From sequence record OR544955: DNA of 64,000 nt. One strand, given 5' to 3'. The notes beneath the pieces are model-generated. The model worked only from the letters and a program-made list of their open reading frames with translations. It made no database searches and had not been told where the DNA came from. The position numbers and the translations under genes are program-made. Of the stretch, positions 1 through 11,365 are shown piece after piece (position 1 is the stretch's first letter; every line of letters begins with the position of its first letter). The stretch is from Escherichia phage vB_EcoP_EP32B.

Positions 1-774
1 TTTACGACCGTAAAATAATTTATCGTACCCAAGAACATACGTGGTATAATCTGTCTGGTAATACACTGTTCTTGATACAGGGTACCCTACACGGTCATTA
101 AACAATTTAACCGATTTCCAGGTTTGTCCCTTATCATTAGAGACTTTAACCACAGGCTGATACCGTTCAAACAAATAAAGAATTCCTTCGGATTCCATCA
201 AATAAACACGGTTTATATCATGACACACCTGTTGAATCGAACCTTGAATTTCATGATACTCATTTTCGCCAATAATGAAATTTTTAATAGATGAAATATC
301 TGCATAAGCAGGGCTAAATTGGAACGATTCATTCATTAGAGCTGCCATTATAGTGTCGTTATTAAAATCGACATAAGCCATGTTGTTATTTGTAAATTTT
401 TCTCTAATAAAAGTGTTAGCCAATTGCATTTCAATCATATGTTGAAATGTATACGCGTTAGTCTGAAATGATTCAAATATTTCGGTATATACCCAATCAG
501 ATCTCTCGAAGCCTTCGGCGGCAGTTGATACACGAATAATATAAGAAGTTAATGGGTCTAAGCTATTTTCGAACCAGTTGCTATTAGGAGTATATCCTAA
601 ATTTATCCATCTGTAGCTGGCAGGGGGAATTATTCCACCGTCTGCCGTTTTAGTCTCAGCGATTTCTACGAAATAGTAGAAATTAGCACCAACGTCATCC
701 CAGCGTATTTGAACTTGGTTAGCGGACAACTTGGATATTCTGAGACTTGTGACTGCTGGCGCTTTTACTGTCAT
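1..774 (-). CDS. 7: baseplate wedge protein gp7, N-terminal part only (gene continues past the left edge)
   Basis: minus-strand ATG at 772-774 overlapping gp6 stop (ATGA); translation begins MTVKAPAVTSLRISKLSANQVQIRWDD; T4 order 7-6-5.4-5.1-5-53. Confidence 0.7.
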   Translation of the reverse strand, partial: MTVKAPAVTSLRISKLSANQVQIRWDDVGANFYYFVEIAETKTADGGIIPPASYRWINLGYTPNSNWFENSLDPLTSYIIRVSTAAEGFERSDWVYTEIFESFQTNAYTFQHMIEMQLANTFIREKFTNNNMAYVDFNNDTIMAALMNESFQFSPAYADISSIKNFIIGENEYHEIQGSIQQVCHDINRVYLMESEGILYLFERYQPVVKVSNDKGQTWKSVKLFNDRVGYPVSRTVYYQTDYTTYVLGYDKLFYGRK

Positions 775-2744
775 TGTGAAATAGGCTCCAAATCTATAGT
801 TAAGTACTGAGGACGTAAGTCATTTTCGAATACGATTAAAGAACCATCCTTTGTAAAAATAATATCATCTGCAGGGTCGGAATAAAGTTCAATTGTTTGA
901 ACTTCAAAACGGTCTGAAGTGAGGTCAATTTTAGCAATGTTCCAATAAATCGAATCGGCAGGATAATTCACTTCACCAATTGAATAGTATTTGTTTCGTC
1001 CGTCAGTAACAGTAAGTTTATTAAAATCATTACCTGTATAAGGTTGTATATTTTCGTTTTCAACAACATCACCGTCTGCAAATGGACCAATAATAACTTG
1101 ACCTATGCCACGGTCATTACGGTCAGAAGATACTATGCGAACACCGTATTTAATAGTTTCGTTTGCATTTTCTGGATTAGGTCTGTGCGAATCAAACGAG
1201 AATATATTAGATTCCATCGATCTATCTTTAATCTGATTATTGTATTTAATACCGGCCTCAGGCGTTTTATAGAAGTTTTGTACTTCGCGAACCATTTGAA
1301 TAGTAGCTGAAGAACCAATAATAGAAATATCTGCATCATCGACATAAGTTAGCATTTTAGATTTTGCAAACGATGAGTTAAAAATTTCTACATCTTCGAT
1401 ATAATATCGGTCTATTTTATTAATAATCTGCCCTTCAAGATATTGTTCTGATTCTTGGAGTTTATTCAACGCGTATGTAACTTTGATATTCATTTTGATA
1501 AACAAATAATCAGGCGAAATAACAACAGGTGTAATAGTCCCTAAGTTATAATCATTTAAATAGTTTTTGATATCATCGCGTTGGACAGAAGTCAAATACA
1601 ATCCAGATTTAGGCTTAGCAGCAATATATGCGTACCCTGGTTTAGATGAATCTGTGAATGTTTGAACCGCTTGAATAATAGAACCAAACCGCTCAGAGAC
1701 GAATGTGTCATAGTCGGAAGCGGTTACACAACGTTGTTGAGTTTCGCGTTTAATTGTGCCTAATTCGCGGATACGTTCAATATCTTCAGGGTCACCGCCA
1801 CCGTCGGCCCCGACAAAGTCTGGGTTATTGCTAGGGTTCTCGTTAATATCGATTACCGTGATATTAGCTAATGTATCAGCATAAGAAAATCCTACAGCAC
1901 CGTTGGCATCTGCGCCATTAGTAGAAATATACTCAATTACGATTTTAGAACCCTGAACAGGTTTAAGGCCACCAATATAGTTAGATGTTAACGCACCTTC
2001 TGATGTGTTAATAGAGATTTCGCCTTCACCAAAATAAAATTCTGTGTTCCCATCAACTGTTTCACGCATATAATAGATTGTTGACGTAGAACCAGCGTGA
2101 ACCATCGACTTACGAGTCCAGTTAATCCATTCTGCTCCGTCAACATACAACTTAACCAAATTACGGTCAATATTCTTATCACGAATAATGATAGGTTTTA
2201 ATCTATCAAATGTTAATTCAGTGCGAACAATACGTCCTTGAGCTAATCGAAGACGTGGAAAATATTGGTTATTTTTGTCTTTAACTACAATGACATCTTC
2301 GGTAGAAACAAAGTTATATGGGTTAACAGAAGTATCTTTAGCGTATGCTAAGAAACGAGTGCCACGTGGAATGGTGATATAGTTTCTATTTAATGCATCC
2401 GTACATGTGAGCATAATTTCTGTTTGTGCTGCTGATTTAGATGAAGGCAGATATCCGTTATCTTGAGCCGCTTGTACAACAGAACTACGCAAGTTTGCAG
2501 TACGCATAAAACTTTCATACACCGCACTATTACTGAACTGTTGGATGTAAAGAGTGTTATATGCTAAAAGGTCGCACAATACGTTTAAGCGTGAACCTTC
2601 AAAATCATAATCAAGAAATTCATTCTGCCCATTAAGCCATTCGATAATGTTCTGTTTGATTTCGGCAAATGTGCCCCCGATAAAAATCTCGGGAATAGCA
2701 TTCGCTGTTCTGGTTAATTGATAATTTACAGGAGTGTTTGCCAT
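771..2744 (-). CDS. 6: baseplate wedge protein gp6
   Basis: ORF 771..2801; start placed at internal Met MANTPVNYQLTRTANAIPEIF (T4 gp6-like N-terminus) with AGGA upstream; 657 aa. Confidence 0.85.
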   Translation of the reverse strand: MANTPVNYQLTRTANAIPEIFIGGTFAEIKQNIIEWLNGQNEFLDYDFEGSRLNVLCDLLAYNTLYIQQFSNSAVYESFMRTANLRSSVVQAAQDNGYLPSSKSAAQTEIMLTCTDALNRNYITIPRGTRFLAYAKDTSVNPYNFVSTEDVIVVKDKNNQYFPRLRLAQGRIVRTELTFDRLKPIIIRDKNIDRNLVKLYVDGAEWINWTRKSMVHAGSTSTIYYMRETVDGNTEFYFGEGEISINTSEGALTSNYIGGLKPVQGSKIVIEYISTNGADANGAVGFSYADTLANITVIDINENPSNNPDFVGADGGGDPEDIERIRELGTIKRETQQRCVTASDYDTFVSERFGSIIQAVQTFTDSSKPGYAYIAAKPKSGLYLTSVQRDDIKNYLNDYNLGTITPVVISPDYLFIKMNIKVTYALNKLQESEQYLEGQIINKIDRYYIEDVEIFNSSFAKSKMLTYVDDADISIIGSSATIQMVREVQNFYKTPEAGIKYNNQIKDRSMESNIFSFDSHRPNPENANETIKYGVRIVSSDRNDRGIGQVIIGPFADGDVVENENIQPYTGNDFNKLTVTDGRNKYYSIGEVNYPADSIYWNIAKIDLTSDRFEVQTIELYSDPADDIIFTKDGSLIVFENDLRPQYLTIDLEPISQ

Positions 2745-2752
2745 TTTAATTC

Positions 2753-3046
2753 CTATTTTATAAAGACTTTTGACGAGGCCTGAGAAACAGTATCCCCGCA
2801 TGAAATTGGGTCGGCCATTTGAACGGCCTTTTTACCGGTGACGTATACTTTAGATGTACGAGGTTCAGTAACACCTCCATGAGTCTCGTATGGTTTTTTA
2901 ATTTCTGTATGAGGTGTTATTTGGTCTCCTGCCACTAGAACAGGAATACCGCCTGTGAACACTTTAGATTGGGAAGCATTTATTACAGTAGGAGGCCATG
3001 CTTCATGACCTGCTGTAACGCACTTGTCGTAACTTAAGCCAGACAT
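2753..3046 (-). CDS. 5.4: PAAR-repeat baseplate spike tip protein gp5.4
   Basis: 97 aa from Met [21 protein letters not shown]; matches recalled T4 gp5.4 almost along its length; position between 5.1 and 6. Confidence 0.85.
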   Translation of the reverse strand: MSGLSYDKCVTAGHEAWPPTVINASQSKVFTGGIPVLVAGDQITPHTEIKKPYETHGGVTEPRTSKVYVTGKKAVQMADPISCGDTVSQASSKVFIK

Positions 3047-3048
3047 TT

Positions 3049-3564
3049 TCACGGCCTCACATAAACATAGTTTCGTAATTGATGAGCCCATTTGCTCCAA
3101 TTTCCTACTATAGTTTTTGTATAAACCTTAGTAAGAGTTTTTTGTACTGGAGCCGGTGGAGGTTCTGTACCAGAGTCACTTCTAGAACCGCCTGATGAAC
3201 TTTCTTCTTGGTAGTTATAAATCATTTCAACCGTATAACTAAACACTTTACGAAGATTCTGAGGAGCTCTCCACAAATATAACTGTGTGGACTCATCTTT
3301 TGGTAAATCATCCCATGAAGATGCGGTTTCAAAATCATCATTTAATCGATATTTCAATGCGTCCGAAGAAAAGCTAAACACACTTTCATATGTTCCATAT
3401 AAACGATTACCGTCTACCGTAATGCCTTGTGTCGGTTCATAATCTGTTATATTTATTGACACTAAAGTTTCGGTTGTTTCTAACTGTGGAGTAAAAAGGA
3501 CGTCAATAGACGCCCCTTCCATGTCTTCTCCTAAGTCGGTATTTAAAGGAAGTATTTGTGCCAT
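3049..3564 (-). CDS. 5.1: hypothetical protein at gp5.1 position
   Basis: 171 aa ORF immediately downstream of gp5 on minus strand; assigned by synteny only. Confidence 0.55.
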   Translation of the reverse strand: MAQILPLNTDLGEDMEGASIDVLFTPQLETTETLVSINITDYEPTQGITVDGNRLYGTYESVFSFSSDALKYRLNDDFETASSWDDLPKDESTQLYLWRAPQNLRKVFSYTVEMIYNYQEESSSGGSRSDSGTEPPPAPVQKTLTKVYTKTIVGNWSKWAHQLRNYVYVRP

Positions 3565-3567
3565 ATA

Positions 3568-5301
3568 TTACCCAATATCAATACGAGATCCGTCAACAGT
3601 GTATTGTCCTGAAGCTACTGAGCTCATTGTAGACATTGTTTCGGCCCAATCCCCGGCAACAGTCATATCAACATTACCATTAACAGTCCATTTAACGTTT
3701 CCGTTGACGGTGTAATCATGATTCCCTTCGACCTGAGTTTTAGCATCACCTTTAACAAGAATATCTGCATTTCCGTCAACAACTATTTTGATATTACCCT
3801 TAACGTAAAGAGTTCCATCGCCTTCAACAGTTTTAGATTGGTTACCACGAATAAAGATTGTGTCATTGCCGTCTATTTGATGGAGGCGGTCTGCCATGTT
3901 ATAATATATTTCATTAGCACCAACGTTAACAAGCTTATCGCCAGAAATCAAGAAGTTCCCATCACCATTAGTGATGTCAAAAAGGTCTTCTACAGTTTTA
4001 CGAGTACGACGCCCAGATGGAGAAACTTCCTCATATGACCCTGTTGGATGAACTAAACGATAACGTTCATTACCTGGAGTGTCATCAAATTCTTGGATAT
4101 GACCGCTTTCTGTTTCCATAGCATGAACGTATGGATACTCACCACGATAACTTGATTCCGGTTCTTTAAAAAGGATGCGTGAATCTAATGGAACAGGAGG
4201 ACCAGCCGGGTCTTCTGAATCGGTATTTCTAGTAACTAAATCGGCACCAACTCCTGGTGAAGGCGGTGTTTTAACAGGAACACCGTATGATTCCATGTTA
4301 CCGGTTAAAATAATTGTTGTTACACGTGAAGCGCGTCCTTTAGTCTGTTGGAACCATAATGAATCGCGCCCAGATTTGTATGCAGTTTTCCAATCACCTT
4401 CGGCCATTGCTTTAAGCATAGTATTGAATTTTGCTACACCACCAACGCCCATTTGGAAGCACATGTTTTCTAATGCCATTTGGCGAGATCTGTTCATTTT
4501 AGCATAAACAGGACCTACTTTAGAATTAGAACGAATGTCTTTCTGCATCTTAGCAAGGTCCTTCTCAAATAACGCTGTTGCTTCTTCTAATGTAATAGTT
4601 CCCGGATTTCCTGTTACTTCACGCCCTACTTGATCAGATAACAATTTATTAATTCGAGACATATCTCGGGTCTTTTCCATTACGATAAGGTGTCCAATAC
4701 CTACGGTAGGATATCCGAGATGGTCCCAATACACTTTATCACGAAGACCTTCGTCACGACGTAACATTTCTGTTATTGTAAAATTAGGGTCGTCATCTTC
4801 TGGAATATTTGCTAAATCTGTATCGTCTGGGTTTATACCATAATCTAAGTTGTTATCTTGAATTACGTTAGAGTTCGAATAATAACCAGCTTCACCACCT
4901 TGGTTTAATACGTTCGTATCATTACCTAAACGTCGCGGATACTGACCTGTCGGGTCTGAAAAACCTTCAAGTCTATTAGGCTTTTCACGTACAATTCCGC
5001 CATACGTACCAAGTACAATCCCGTTTGTTTTCCATTTGTCTAAGAAATGACCATATACTCGAGTTCCTTCAACAGGACCTGTAACAGAACCACCAATACC
5101 TGACATTGATGCAGACGTAATAGGTTGAATAACAGTCATCCATGGAAGTTTTTCTGTAGGAATACCTTGTACATCACCTTGTGCTCTCTGTGCCGGATGA
5201 AGTCCAACTACTCGCACTCGAACTCGCCCTTGTTTTAATGGGTCCATTCTGTCCTCGACAACACCCACGAACCAATTAAGGCTACTACTAATCATTTCCA
5301 T
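3568..5301 (-). CDS. 5: baseplate hub subunit and tail lysozyme gp5
   Basis: 577 aa; N-terminus [33 protein letters not shown], central lysozyme-like region, C-terminal VxGxxxxx beta-helix repeats. Confidence 0.95.
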   Translation of the reverse strand: MEMISSSLNWFVGVVEDRMDPLKQGRVRVRVVGLHPAQRAQGDVQGIPTEKLPWMTVIQPITSASMSGIGGSVTGPVEGTRVYGHFLDKWKTNGIVLGTYGGIVREKPNRLEGFSDPTGQYPRRLGNDTNVLNQGGEAGYYSNSNVIQDNNLDYGINPDDTDLANIPEDDDPNFTITEMLRRDEGLRDKVYWDHLGYPTVGIGHLIVMEKTRDMSRINKLLSDQVGREVTGNPGTITLEEATALFEKDLAKMQKDIRSNSKVGPVYAKMNRSRQMALENMCFQMGVGGVAKFNTMLKAMAEGDWKTAYKSGRDSLWFQQTKGRASRVTTIILTGNMESYGVPVKTPPSPGVGADLVTRNTDSEDPAGPPVPLDSRILFKEPESSYRGEYPYVHAMETESGHIQEFDDTPGNERYRLVHPTGSYEEVSPSGRRTRKTVEDLFDITNGDGNFLISGDKLVNVGANEIYYNMADRLHQIDGNDTIFIRGNQSKTVEGDGTLYVKGNIKIVVDGNADILVKGDAKTQVEGNHDYTVNGNVKWTVNGNVDMTVAGDWAETMSTMSSVASGQYTVDGSRIDIG

Positions 5302-5876
5302 TATGCAATCTCCATCTCACGAATCAAATCAGTAATAAACGAGTTTATATCTTCTTTTGCAACAATTTTTATTTTACGAAGTTTTTCATTATCTAATACT
5401 GCCGCTTCGTAAGTATCTACTGCAGCTAAAGGTCCTTTATATTGCGGATACTTACGAGCTTCATCACCTTTATCGTACCACACTAAAGGCTCGTCCGGAT
5501 ATGAAACTAAATTGTAAAATTTCTCACGATTTTCATTGATATGATAAAGAACTTGGTCTCCACCGGCATTAGCATATTTCTGAATAGAAGCTTGATACGC
5601 TGCTTCCTGAGATGTAATCCAACCATAATACGGGTCGTAGTTATCGTTACACATCAAAAGAACCCAGTATAATTGAGGGTTGCCATAAATTATGTTTGCT
5701 AGTTCTTCAGGACGCGGAGAGCCTTTAATATAATAAGAACGTAATCTATAATTGGCAGCAACACGCTTAAAGTACTCTTTATAGTTACGAAATATGTCTG
5801 TCATAGGAATAGTAGGTGCATTCTTATTAACTGTTTTAGCACTATATCCTATTGGGTCGAAGAATGTAAATAACAA
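5301..5876 (-). CDS. 53: baseplate wedge protein gp53
   Basis: 191 aa, [33 protein letters not shown], matches recalled T4 gp53; upstream of gene 5. Confidence 0.9.
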   Translation of the reverse strand: MLFTFFDPIGYSAKTVNKNAPTIPMTDIFRNYKEYFKRVAANYRLRSYYIKGSPRPEELANIIYGNPQLYWVLLMCNDNYDPYYGWITSQEAAYQASIQKYANAGGDQVLYHINENREKFYNLVSYPDEPLVWYDKGDEARKYPQYKGPLAAVDTYEAAVLDNEKLRKIKIVAKEDINSFITDLIREMEIA

Positions 5877-5903
5877 GATAGTCTCCTTCCAATATGAAAT
5901 TGG

Positions 5904-5911
5904 TATAAATA
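5904..5911 (+). promoter_or_regulatory. T4-type late promoter TATAAATA upstream of gene 4/2 ORF
   Basis: exact TATAAATA about 27 bp before ATG 5938, followed by AGGAGG. Confidence 0.5.
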
Positions 5912-5918
5912 ATAATAC

Positions 5919-5926
5919 TATTTATA
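5919..5926 (-). promoter_or_regulatory. T4-type late promoter TATAAATA (minus strand) upstream of gene 53
   Basis: plus-strand TATTTATA reads TATAAATA on minus strand, about 43 bp upstream of gp53 start; divergent arrangement with the gene 4 promoter. Confidence 0.45.
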
Positions 5927-5937
5927 AGGAGGACAAC

Positions 5938-7134
5938 ATGGCCTACTCTGGTAAATGGGTCCCAAAAAATTTAAAAAAATACCGTGGAGACCATACCAAA
6001 ATAACGTATCGTTCAAACTGGGAAAAATTCTTTTTCGAATGGTTAGATAAAAATCCAGAAATTATTGCATGGGGTAGTGAAACAGCAGTAATTCCATATT
6101 TTTGTAATGCTGAAGGTAAAAAACGTCGATACTATATGGACATATGGATGAAAGATGCATCAGGTCAAGAGTTCTTTGTAGAAATAAAACCAAAGAAAGA
6201 AACTCAACCACCTATTAAGCCTGCAAATCTTACTACCGCAGCAAAGAAACGTTATATGAATGAAATATATACCTGGTCTGTGAACTGTGACAAATGGAAA
6301 GCTGCCTCAGCTATGAGCATATTCCAAATTATATCTGAAGGCGTACAAGCCCCTAAGATTGCTCAGTCTATGAATGAAAGAAAATGGATTGAGATAGGAT
6401 TAGAATACAAGAAAGCTAAAGAGAAAGGAATCACTGCAAAAGCATTTGCAGAATCAAAAGGAATAAAATACTCGTCGTTTACATCTGCAATGTCTAGATA
6501 TGCATCATCTATTAAGACCGCACAGAAAATTGAAACGCTTGAATCTAAACCTAAAAATAAACTCAATAAGCAAGAACGTCAACTTCTGATGATAAACTCG
6601 TTTCGCAGTTCAATACGAGAAAAGATTAGAAATGAAGGCGCAGCAGTAAACAACAAATCATCTAAGTGGTTTGTTGAAACAATTAAGAAAAGTGTAAAAG
6701 GTCATAAAGTAGTCAAGCCTACGCCAGGCAAAATTTATACTTACGTGTATGATGCTAAACATAAAGATACTCTGCCGTATTGGGACAGATATCCTTTGAT
6801 TATTTATTTAGGATTAGGTAAACATAATTTGATGTATGGATTAAACTTGCACTATATCCCACCTAAAGCACGACAACAGTTTCTTGAAGAATTGCTGAAG
6901 CAATATGCTAGCACAACTACTATTACTAATAACACAAAGTTGAAGATAGACTGGAGCAAGGTGAAAGGATTTCAAGGTGCTGACAAAATGATTAAAGCAT
7001 ACCTGCCTGGCCACATTAGAGGAACAATAACAGAAATAGCTCCTAAAGACTGGGCTAACATAATCATGTTACCTACTCAGCAGTTTATGTCAAAAGGAAA
7101 ACGTTTCTCTGCGAATACTGTTTGGAAATCTTAA
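5938..7134 (+). CDS. single 398-codon ORF combining a head completion (gp4-like) N-terminal region and a DNA end protector (gp2-like) C-terminal region
   Basis: ATG 5938 preceded by AGGAGG; [19 protein letters not shown]...; no in-frame stop until 7134; total length close to T4 gp4 (150 aa) plus gp2 (274 aa); internal Met at codon 126 (MSIFQII) leaves 273 codons. Confidence 0.55.
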   Translation: MAYSGKWVPKNLKKYRGDHTKITYRSNWEKFFFEWLDKNPEIIAWGSETAVIPYFCNAEGKKRRYYMDIWMKDASGQEFFVEIKPKKETQPPIKPANLTTAAKKRYMNEIYTWSVNCDKWKAASAMSIFQIISEGVQAPKIAQSMNERKWIEIGLEYKKAKEKGITAKAFAESKGIKYSSFTSAMSRYASSIKTAQKIETLESKPKNKLNKQERQLLMINSFRSSIREKIRNEGAAVNNKSSKWFVETIKKSVKGHKVVKPTPGKIYTYVYDAKHKDTLPYWDRYPLIIYLGLGKHNLMYGLNLHYIPPKARQQFLEELLKQYASTTTITNNTKLKIDWSKVKGFQGADKMIKAYLPGHIRGTITEIAPKDWANIIMLPTQQFMSKGKRFSANTVWKS

Positions 7135-7236
7135 TTCTATTCTCTTCCGTTCGTCTGATATTCTGTTGAACCGGATTAATGGAAGAGACCTAAAACCATT
7201 ATACTGTATTTTTATTAAAGCGTTTTTGAGGTGCTT

Positions 7237-7821
7237 ATGACTCGTCCAGCGAGACAGATTTTTAACCAAACAAATATAACAAACTTTGTTGTGGATATCC
7301 CAGATAGTACACGAACTTCGGGTTTTGTGCTCAATGCCCAAACGGCTCCATTGCCAGGTGTGAGAATTCCTGTTGTTGAAACCGTGACAGGCACAATGGG
7401 GTTAGGACGTGCAATGCGTGCAGGCACCACATTTGAATATGACCCTTTTATTGTACGATTTATAGTTGATGAAGACATGACGTCCTGGATGAACATGTAT
7501 AAATGGATGCTCAGCACTAATAACTATATAACCGGACATAATACGGCACACTCTGATGGTCCTGAGTTTGTTACTTTGCACATTTTAAACAACAATAAGA
7601 CCGAAGTAGTTTTGACGGCAAATTTCTATAAACCGTGGATTTCCGATCTGAGCGAAATTGAATTTAGTTACACTGAAGACTCTGACCCTGCCGTTACGTG
7701 CGTAGCAACTATTCACTACGCGTATATGACGATAGAAAAAGATGGCGAAGTCATTGTATCTCAACAACCACGTCAATCGGTCGAATCTAAATCCATTTCT
7801 AGACACCCTTCCTTGCGTTAA
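7237..7821 (+). CDS. 3: tail completion / sheath stabilizer protein gp3 (by synteny)
   Basis: 194 aa from MTRPARQIF; sits between 2 and 1 as in T4. Confidence 0.55.
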   Translation: MTRPARQIFNQTNITNFVVDIPDSTRTSGFVLNAQTAPLPGVRIPVVETVTGTMGLGRAMRAGTTFEYDPFIVRFIVDEDMTSWMNMYKWMLSTNNYITGHNTAHSDGPEFVTLHILNNNKTEVVLTANFYKPWISDLSEIEFSYTEDSDPAVTCVATIHYAYMTIEKDGEVIVSQQPRQSVESKSISRHPSLR

Positions 7822-7875
7822 TCGCTTCTAGCTCCGTATGTTATAATCACTCATAAATTATATGAGGAAAAACCT

Positions 7876-8610
7876 ATGGAGCTAATCTTTTTAAGTGGCA
7901 TCAAACGTAGCGGTAAAGACACTACTGCTGATTACATCAATTCAAACTTTAAATCCGTAAAATACCAATTGGCATATCCGATTAAAGACGCTCTAGCAAT
8001 AGCCTGGGGACGTAAACATGCTGAAAATCCTAATGTATTCACAGAGTTGAAATACGAATACTTTGAAGGCATTGGATACGACCGTGAAACACCATTAAAT
8101 CTCAATAAGTTGGATGTTATTGAATTATTGGAAGAAGCGCTAATTTATTTGCAAAGCCAATATTTACCAATTAATAATGTTAAAGTATTATCATCGTTAG
8201 AAGGTGGATATTCATATCTAGATATTAAACCGTATGAAGCCCTGCGTGAAGCTATAAATAATATCAACGACACATGGTCAATCCGCCGTCTTATGCAAGC
8301 CCTCGGTACGGATGTTGTCGTTAATTTATTTGACCGTATGTATTGGGTTAAACTTTTTGCATTAAACTATATGGATTATATTGGAAGTGATTTCGATTAC
8401 TATGTCGTAACCGATACACGCCAAGTCCATGAAATGGAAACCGCTAGAGCGATGGGTGCTACAGTTATTCATGTGGTTCGCTCTGGTACGGAATCCACCG
8501 ATAAACATATTACAGAAGCTGGGTTGCCTATTGAAGAAGGCGATTTAGTTATTACAAACGACGGCTCTTTAGAAGAGCTTTATTCTAAAATTGAAACAAT
8601 CTTAAGGTAA
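7876..8610 (+). CDS. 1: deoxynucleoside monophosphate kinase gp1
   Basis: 244 aa; MELIFLSGIKRSGKDTTADYI P-loop; C-terminal region matches recalled T4 gp1 closely. Confidence 0.9.
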   Translation: MELIFLSGIKRSGKDTTADYINSNFKSVKYQLAYPIKDALAIAWGRKHAENPNVFTELKYEYFEGIGYDRETPLNLNKLDVIELLEEALIYLQSQYLPINNVKVLSSLEGGYSYLDIKPYEALREAINNINDTWSIRRLMQALGTDVVVNLFDRMYWVKLFALNYMDYIGSDFDYYVVTDTRQVHEMETARAMGATVIHVVRSGTESTDKHITEAGLPIEEGDLVITNDGSLEELYSKIETILR

Positions 8611-8614
8611 TAAA

Positions 8615-9300
<686 letters not shown>

Positions 9301-9301
9301 T

Positions 9302-9360
9302 TTTCACAAAACAGTTTACATAAGGATGATGGTGTGATACTATCATCCTATCAAATAAAC
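9302..9360 (+). promoter_or_regulatory. early promoter in inverted repeat (PeSL-like)
   Basis: TTTTCACAAAACAGTTTAC upstream element and -35 GTTTAC at 9314-9319; inverted repeat GGATGATGG...CTATCATCC spanning a -10-like GATACT. Confidence 0.45.
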
Positions 9361-9440
9361 AACCTCAAGGAAATAAAATGAAAACATATCAAGAATTTAT
9401 ATATGTTATAGTAGTCCTATCAAAACAAGAGGATAATAAA

Positions 9441-9626
9441 ATGAAACGCGCTGAACTGATTCGTAATGTTGCTGTAGTAATTGCTTCAATGGCTTTTAGT
9501 TTTTCGATGTTTGTAGGATTCATTTGTGGACTACTGACAACAACTGAAAACTCTATCTCATTGGTAGTAGCATTTCTAATCGGCTTAATCGCTATCGTTA
9601 TGGATAAAATTGCAAAAGGTGAGTAA
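9441..9626 (+). CDS. small hydrophobic membrane protein (61 aa)
   Basis: track ORF 9378..9626 begins MKTYQEFI (internal-protein targeting-sequence-like) but a PeSL-like fragment lies inside; likely start MKRAELIR after GAGGA. Confidence 0.4.
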   Translation: MKRAELIRNVAVVIASMAFSFSMFVGFICGLLTTTENSISLVVAFLIGLIAIVMDKIAKGE

Positions 9627-9989
9627 ATGAAATATCATGTATATGCAGATTTTGAAGCAAATCCTTCTAAAGACCATGATTGTCGTTTGATACGCAGACC
9701 ATTTGATTCAGCAGCTCAAGCCTGGGCTTGGATTAAATCTAAATCGCCTGGTTATATGTTCTTTGAAGTAGTCGATGACAATGGTACACTGCATCCGGCC
9801 CCTACAGAAACTATTAATTTCCTTCTGTTTGCTGGTTATGACTGTTATCCTCTTGGTGGTATTGACGACCTTGTTGCTACAGGAAAAACTGTTGAGGCTC
9901 TTCGCGAAATTTATAAAAACGCAGAAGAAAATTTTGACTGGTATCATATTGTTGATGCTCATACCTTTGAAATAGTGGAACATTCATGA
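9627..9989 (+). CDS. hypothetical protein (120 aa)
   Basis: ORF abutting upstream gene, compact T4-style packing. Confidence 0.6.
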   Translation: MKYHVYADFEANPSKDHDCRLIRRPFDSAAQAWAWIKSKSPGYMFFEVVDDNGTLHPAPTETINFLLFAGYDCYPLGGIDDLVATGKTVEALREIYKNAEENFDWYHIVDAHTFEIVEHS

Positions 9990-10276
9990 TTCTTTATGCT
10001 AAGGTAAAATCCGTTGAGAATGGATATGAAAGCGACCGGGGTGCAGCTAAAGCACTAGTCGATGACTACGGTATTCTGACTAACTTTGAGGTTGAAAAGG
10101 TTTATATCGACCGTTCATCTTCACAGGTTAAATTACTCTGTGAAGACAATAAATTTAACACAGTTAATTTTGATTTCTTTATTGAAACTGAATCAGGTCC
10201 TCTTGAATATGATATTTTCAAGAATCCTTTGAAATTACGTTGCATTGAATATAATTACATTAATATGGTACGGTGA
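9986..10276 (+). CDS. hypothetical protein (96 aa)
   Basis: ATGA overlap with upstream ORF. Confidence 0.55.
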   Translation: MILYAKVKSVENGYESDRGAAKALVDDYGILTNFEVEKVYIDRSSSQVKLLCEDNKFNTVNFDFFIETESGPLEYDIFKNPLKLRCIEYNYINMVR

Positions 10277-10280
10277 GTAA

Positions 10281-10772
10281 ATGAATATTTGTTTAGGCAG
10301 TACAATTCCTAAGGGTTACGTAATTGATGTCACTACTTGGGAAAATGACGGTGACAACTATAAAACCAAAACATTATTTGGTGTAGAAGAGCATGAGCTC
10401 CAACAGTTTAAATATCTCTTGAAGAAATTTAAGAGTCGTCATTCTAGTACTAAAGCTGAACGTTACTGTGGTAATACACTATTCAGTGATTGCTCGCTTT
10501 TAATCTATGAATACTTGGTTGAAGGACTGTTCTCAGACCAGCTTTATCCAGAATTCATTAAAAAGGTCTTTGATATTGAAGTCGACCTTGGTAATAAATC
10601 TGAAGAAGACGAATCACGTGTATTTGACCTGTTCCAAGGTCTCATTGATATTCTTGGCCATGCTTCTGAATATTATGACTATGATTTCTTGCGTGTAGTT
10701 GAACGTGTTGAATTCGCTTATATTGAAGAAGAAATTGTTTTGCCGACTGTTAAAATGATTGATTTGCTTTAA
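10281..10772 (+). CDS. hypothetical protein (163 aa)
   Basis: ORF with upstream GTGAGTAA-ATG context. Confidence 0.6.
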   Translation: MNICLGSTIPKGYVIDVTTWENDGDNYKTKTLFGVEEHELQQFKYLLKKFKSRHSSTKAERYCGNTLFSDCSLLIYEYLVEGLFSDQLYPEFIKKVFDIEVDLGNKSEEDESRVFDLFQGLIDILGHASEYYDYDFLRVVERVEFAYIEEEIVLPTVKMIDLL

Positions 10773-11029
10773 GAATTATGTGTTATTATTAATTCATACC
10801 CTCTATTACCAAAGGTGCTCTAAAGTGCCTTTCATAATAGAAAGTTATTTAGGCCCTGTAGCTCAATGGTGCAGTAGCTGCTCTGGAAAACCTGTTCCAA
10901 ATTGCAACAGAAGAACGCGAAGAAGTTACATTATGGATTGAAGATAACGCAGGTCTGAATCTCCAGGACGCGATCTCATTATCCCACAATAGTATCACTG
11001 TTCAAGGCTGGGTATCATCTAGTTATTCT

Positions 11030-11080
11030 TGCTAAAACAGTTTACAACAAGATAGGGCTATGTTATAGTAGTCCTATCAA
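11030..11080 (+). promoter_or_regulatory. early promoter in inverted repeat (PeSL-like)
   Basis: AAAACAGTTTAC -35, inverted repeat GATAGG...CCTATC around TGTTATAGT, then AAATGGAG Shine-Dalgarno. Confidence 0.45.
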
Positions 11081-11097
11081 AACAAATGGAGTCCACA

Positions 11098-11337
11098 ATG
11101 ATTTATTACGAAAGTATCGGAACCAAAGTGGTTGGTAAAACCATTACTCGTGAAAAGTTTGCAAAGATATTCGATATGCGTTATAAAAAATCTGAACACA
11201 AAGGCATCCGATTCGAAGATGCGCACTGTACAATTTGCCCTTATAATGAAGACATAAACGGTACAATCGTTCCATTGGTAGAGGCTTCACATGATGACCT
11301 CTGGGATGAATATAATATCGCATGTCGTGAAATTTAA
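11098..11337 (+). CDS. hypothetical protein (79 aa)
   Basis: ORF 11086..11337, start taken at MIYYES after GGAG. Confidence 0.5.
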   Translation: MIYYESIGTKVVGKTITREKFAKIFDMRYKKSEHKGIRFEDAHCTICPYNEDINGTIVPLVEASHDDLWDEYNIACREI

Positions 11338-11365
11338 GTTAATGAATTAATCCGAGGAAAATATT

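Noticed and set aside
1044-2182. Short ORFs (1044..1310 +, 1133..1345 -, 1988..2182 -) inside gene 6
   Set aside because: Nested in or antisense to a well-supported structural gene; low-complexity translations; typical AT-rich shadow ORFs.
10759-10941. 60-aa plus-strand ORF in the 10780-11086 gap
   Set aside because: No ribosome binding site and it runs through the tRNA-like remnant; more likely non-coding.
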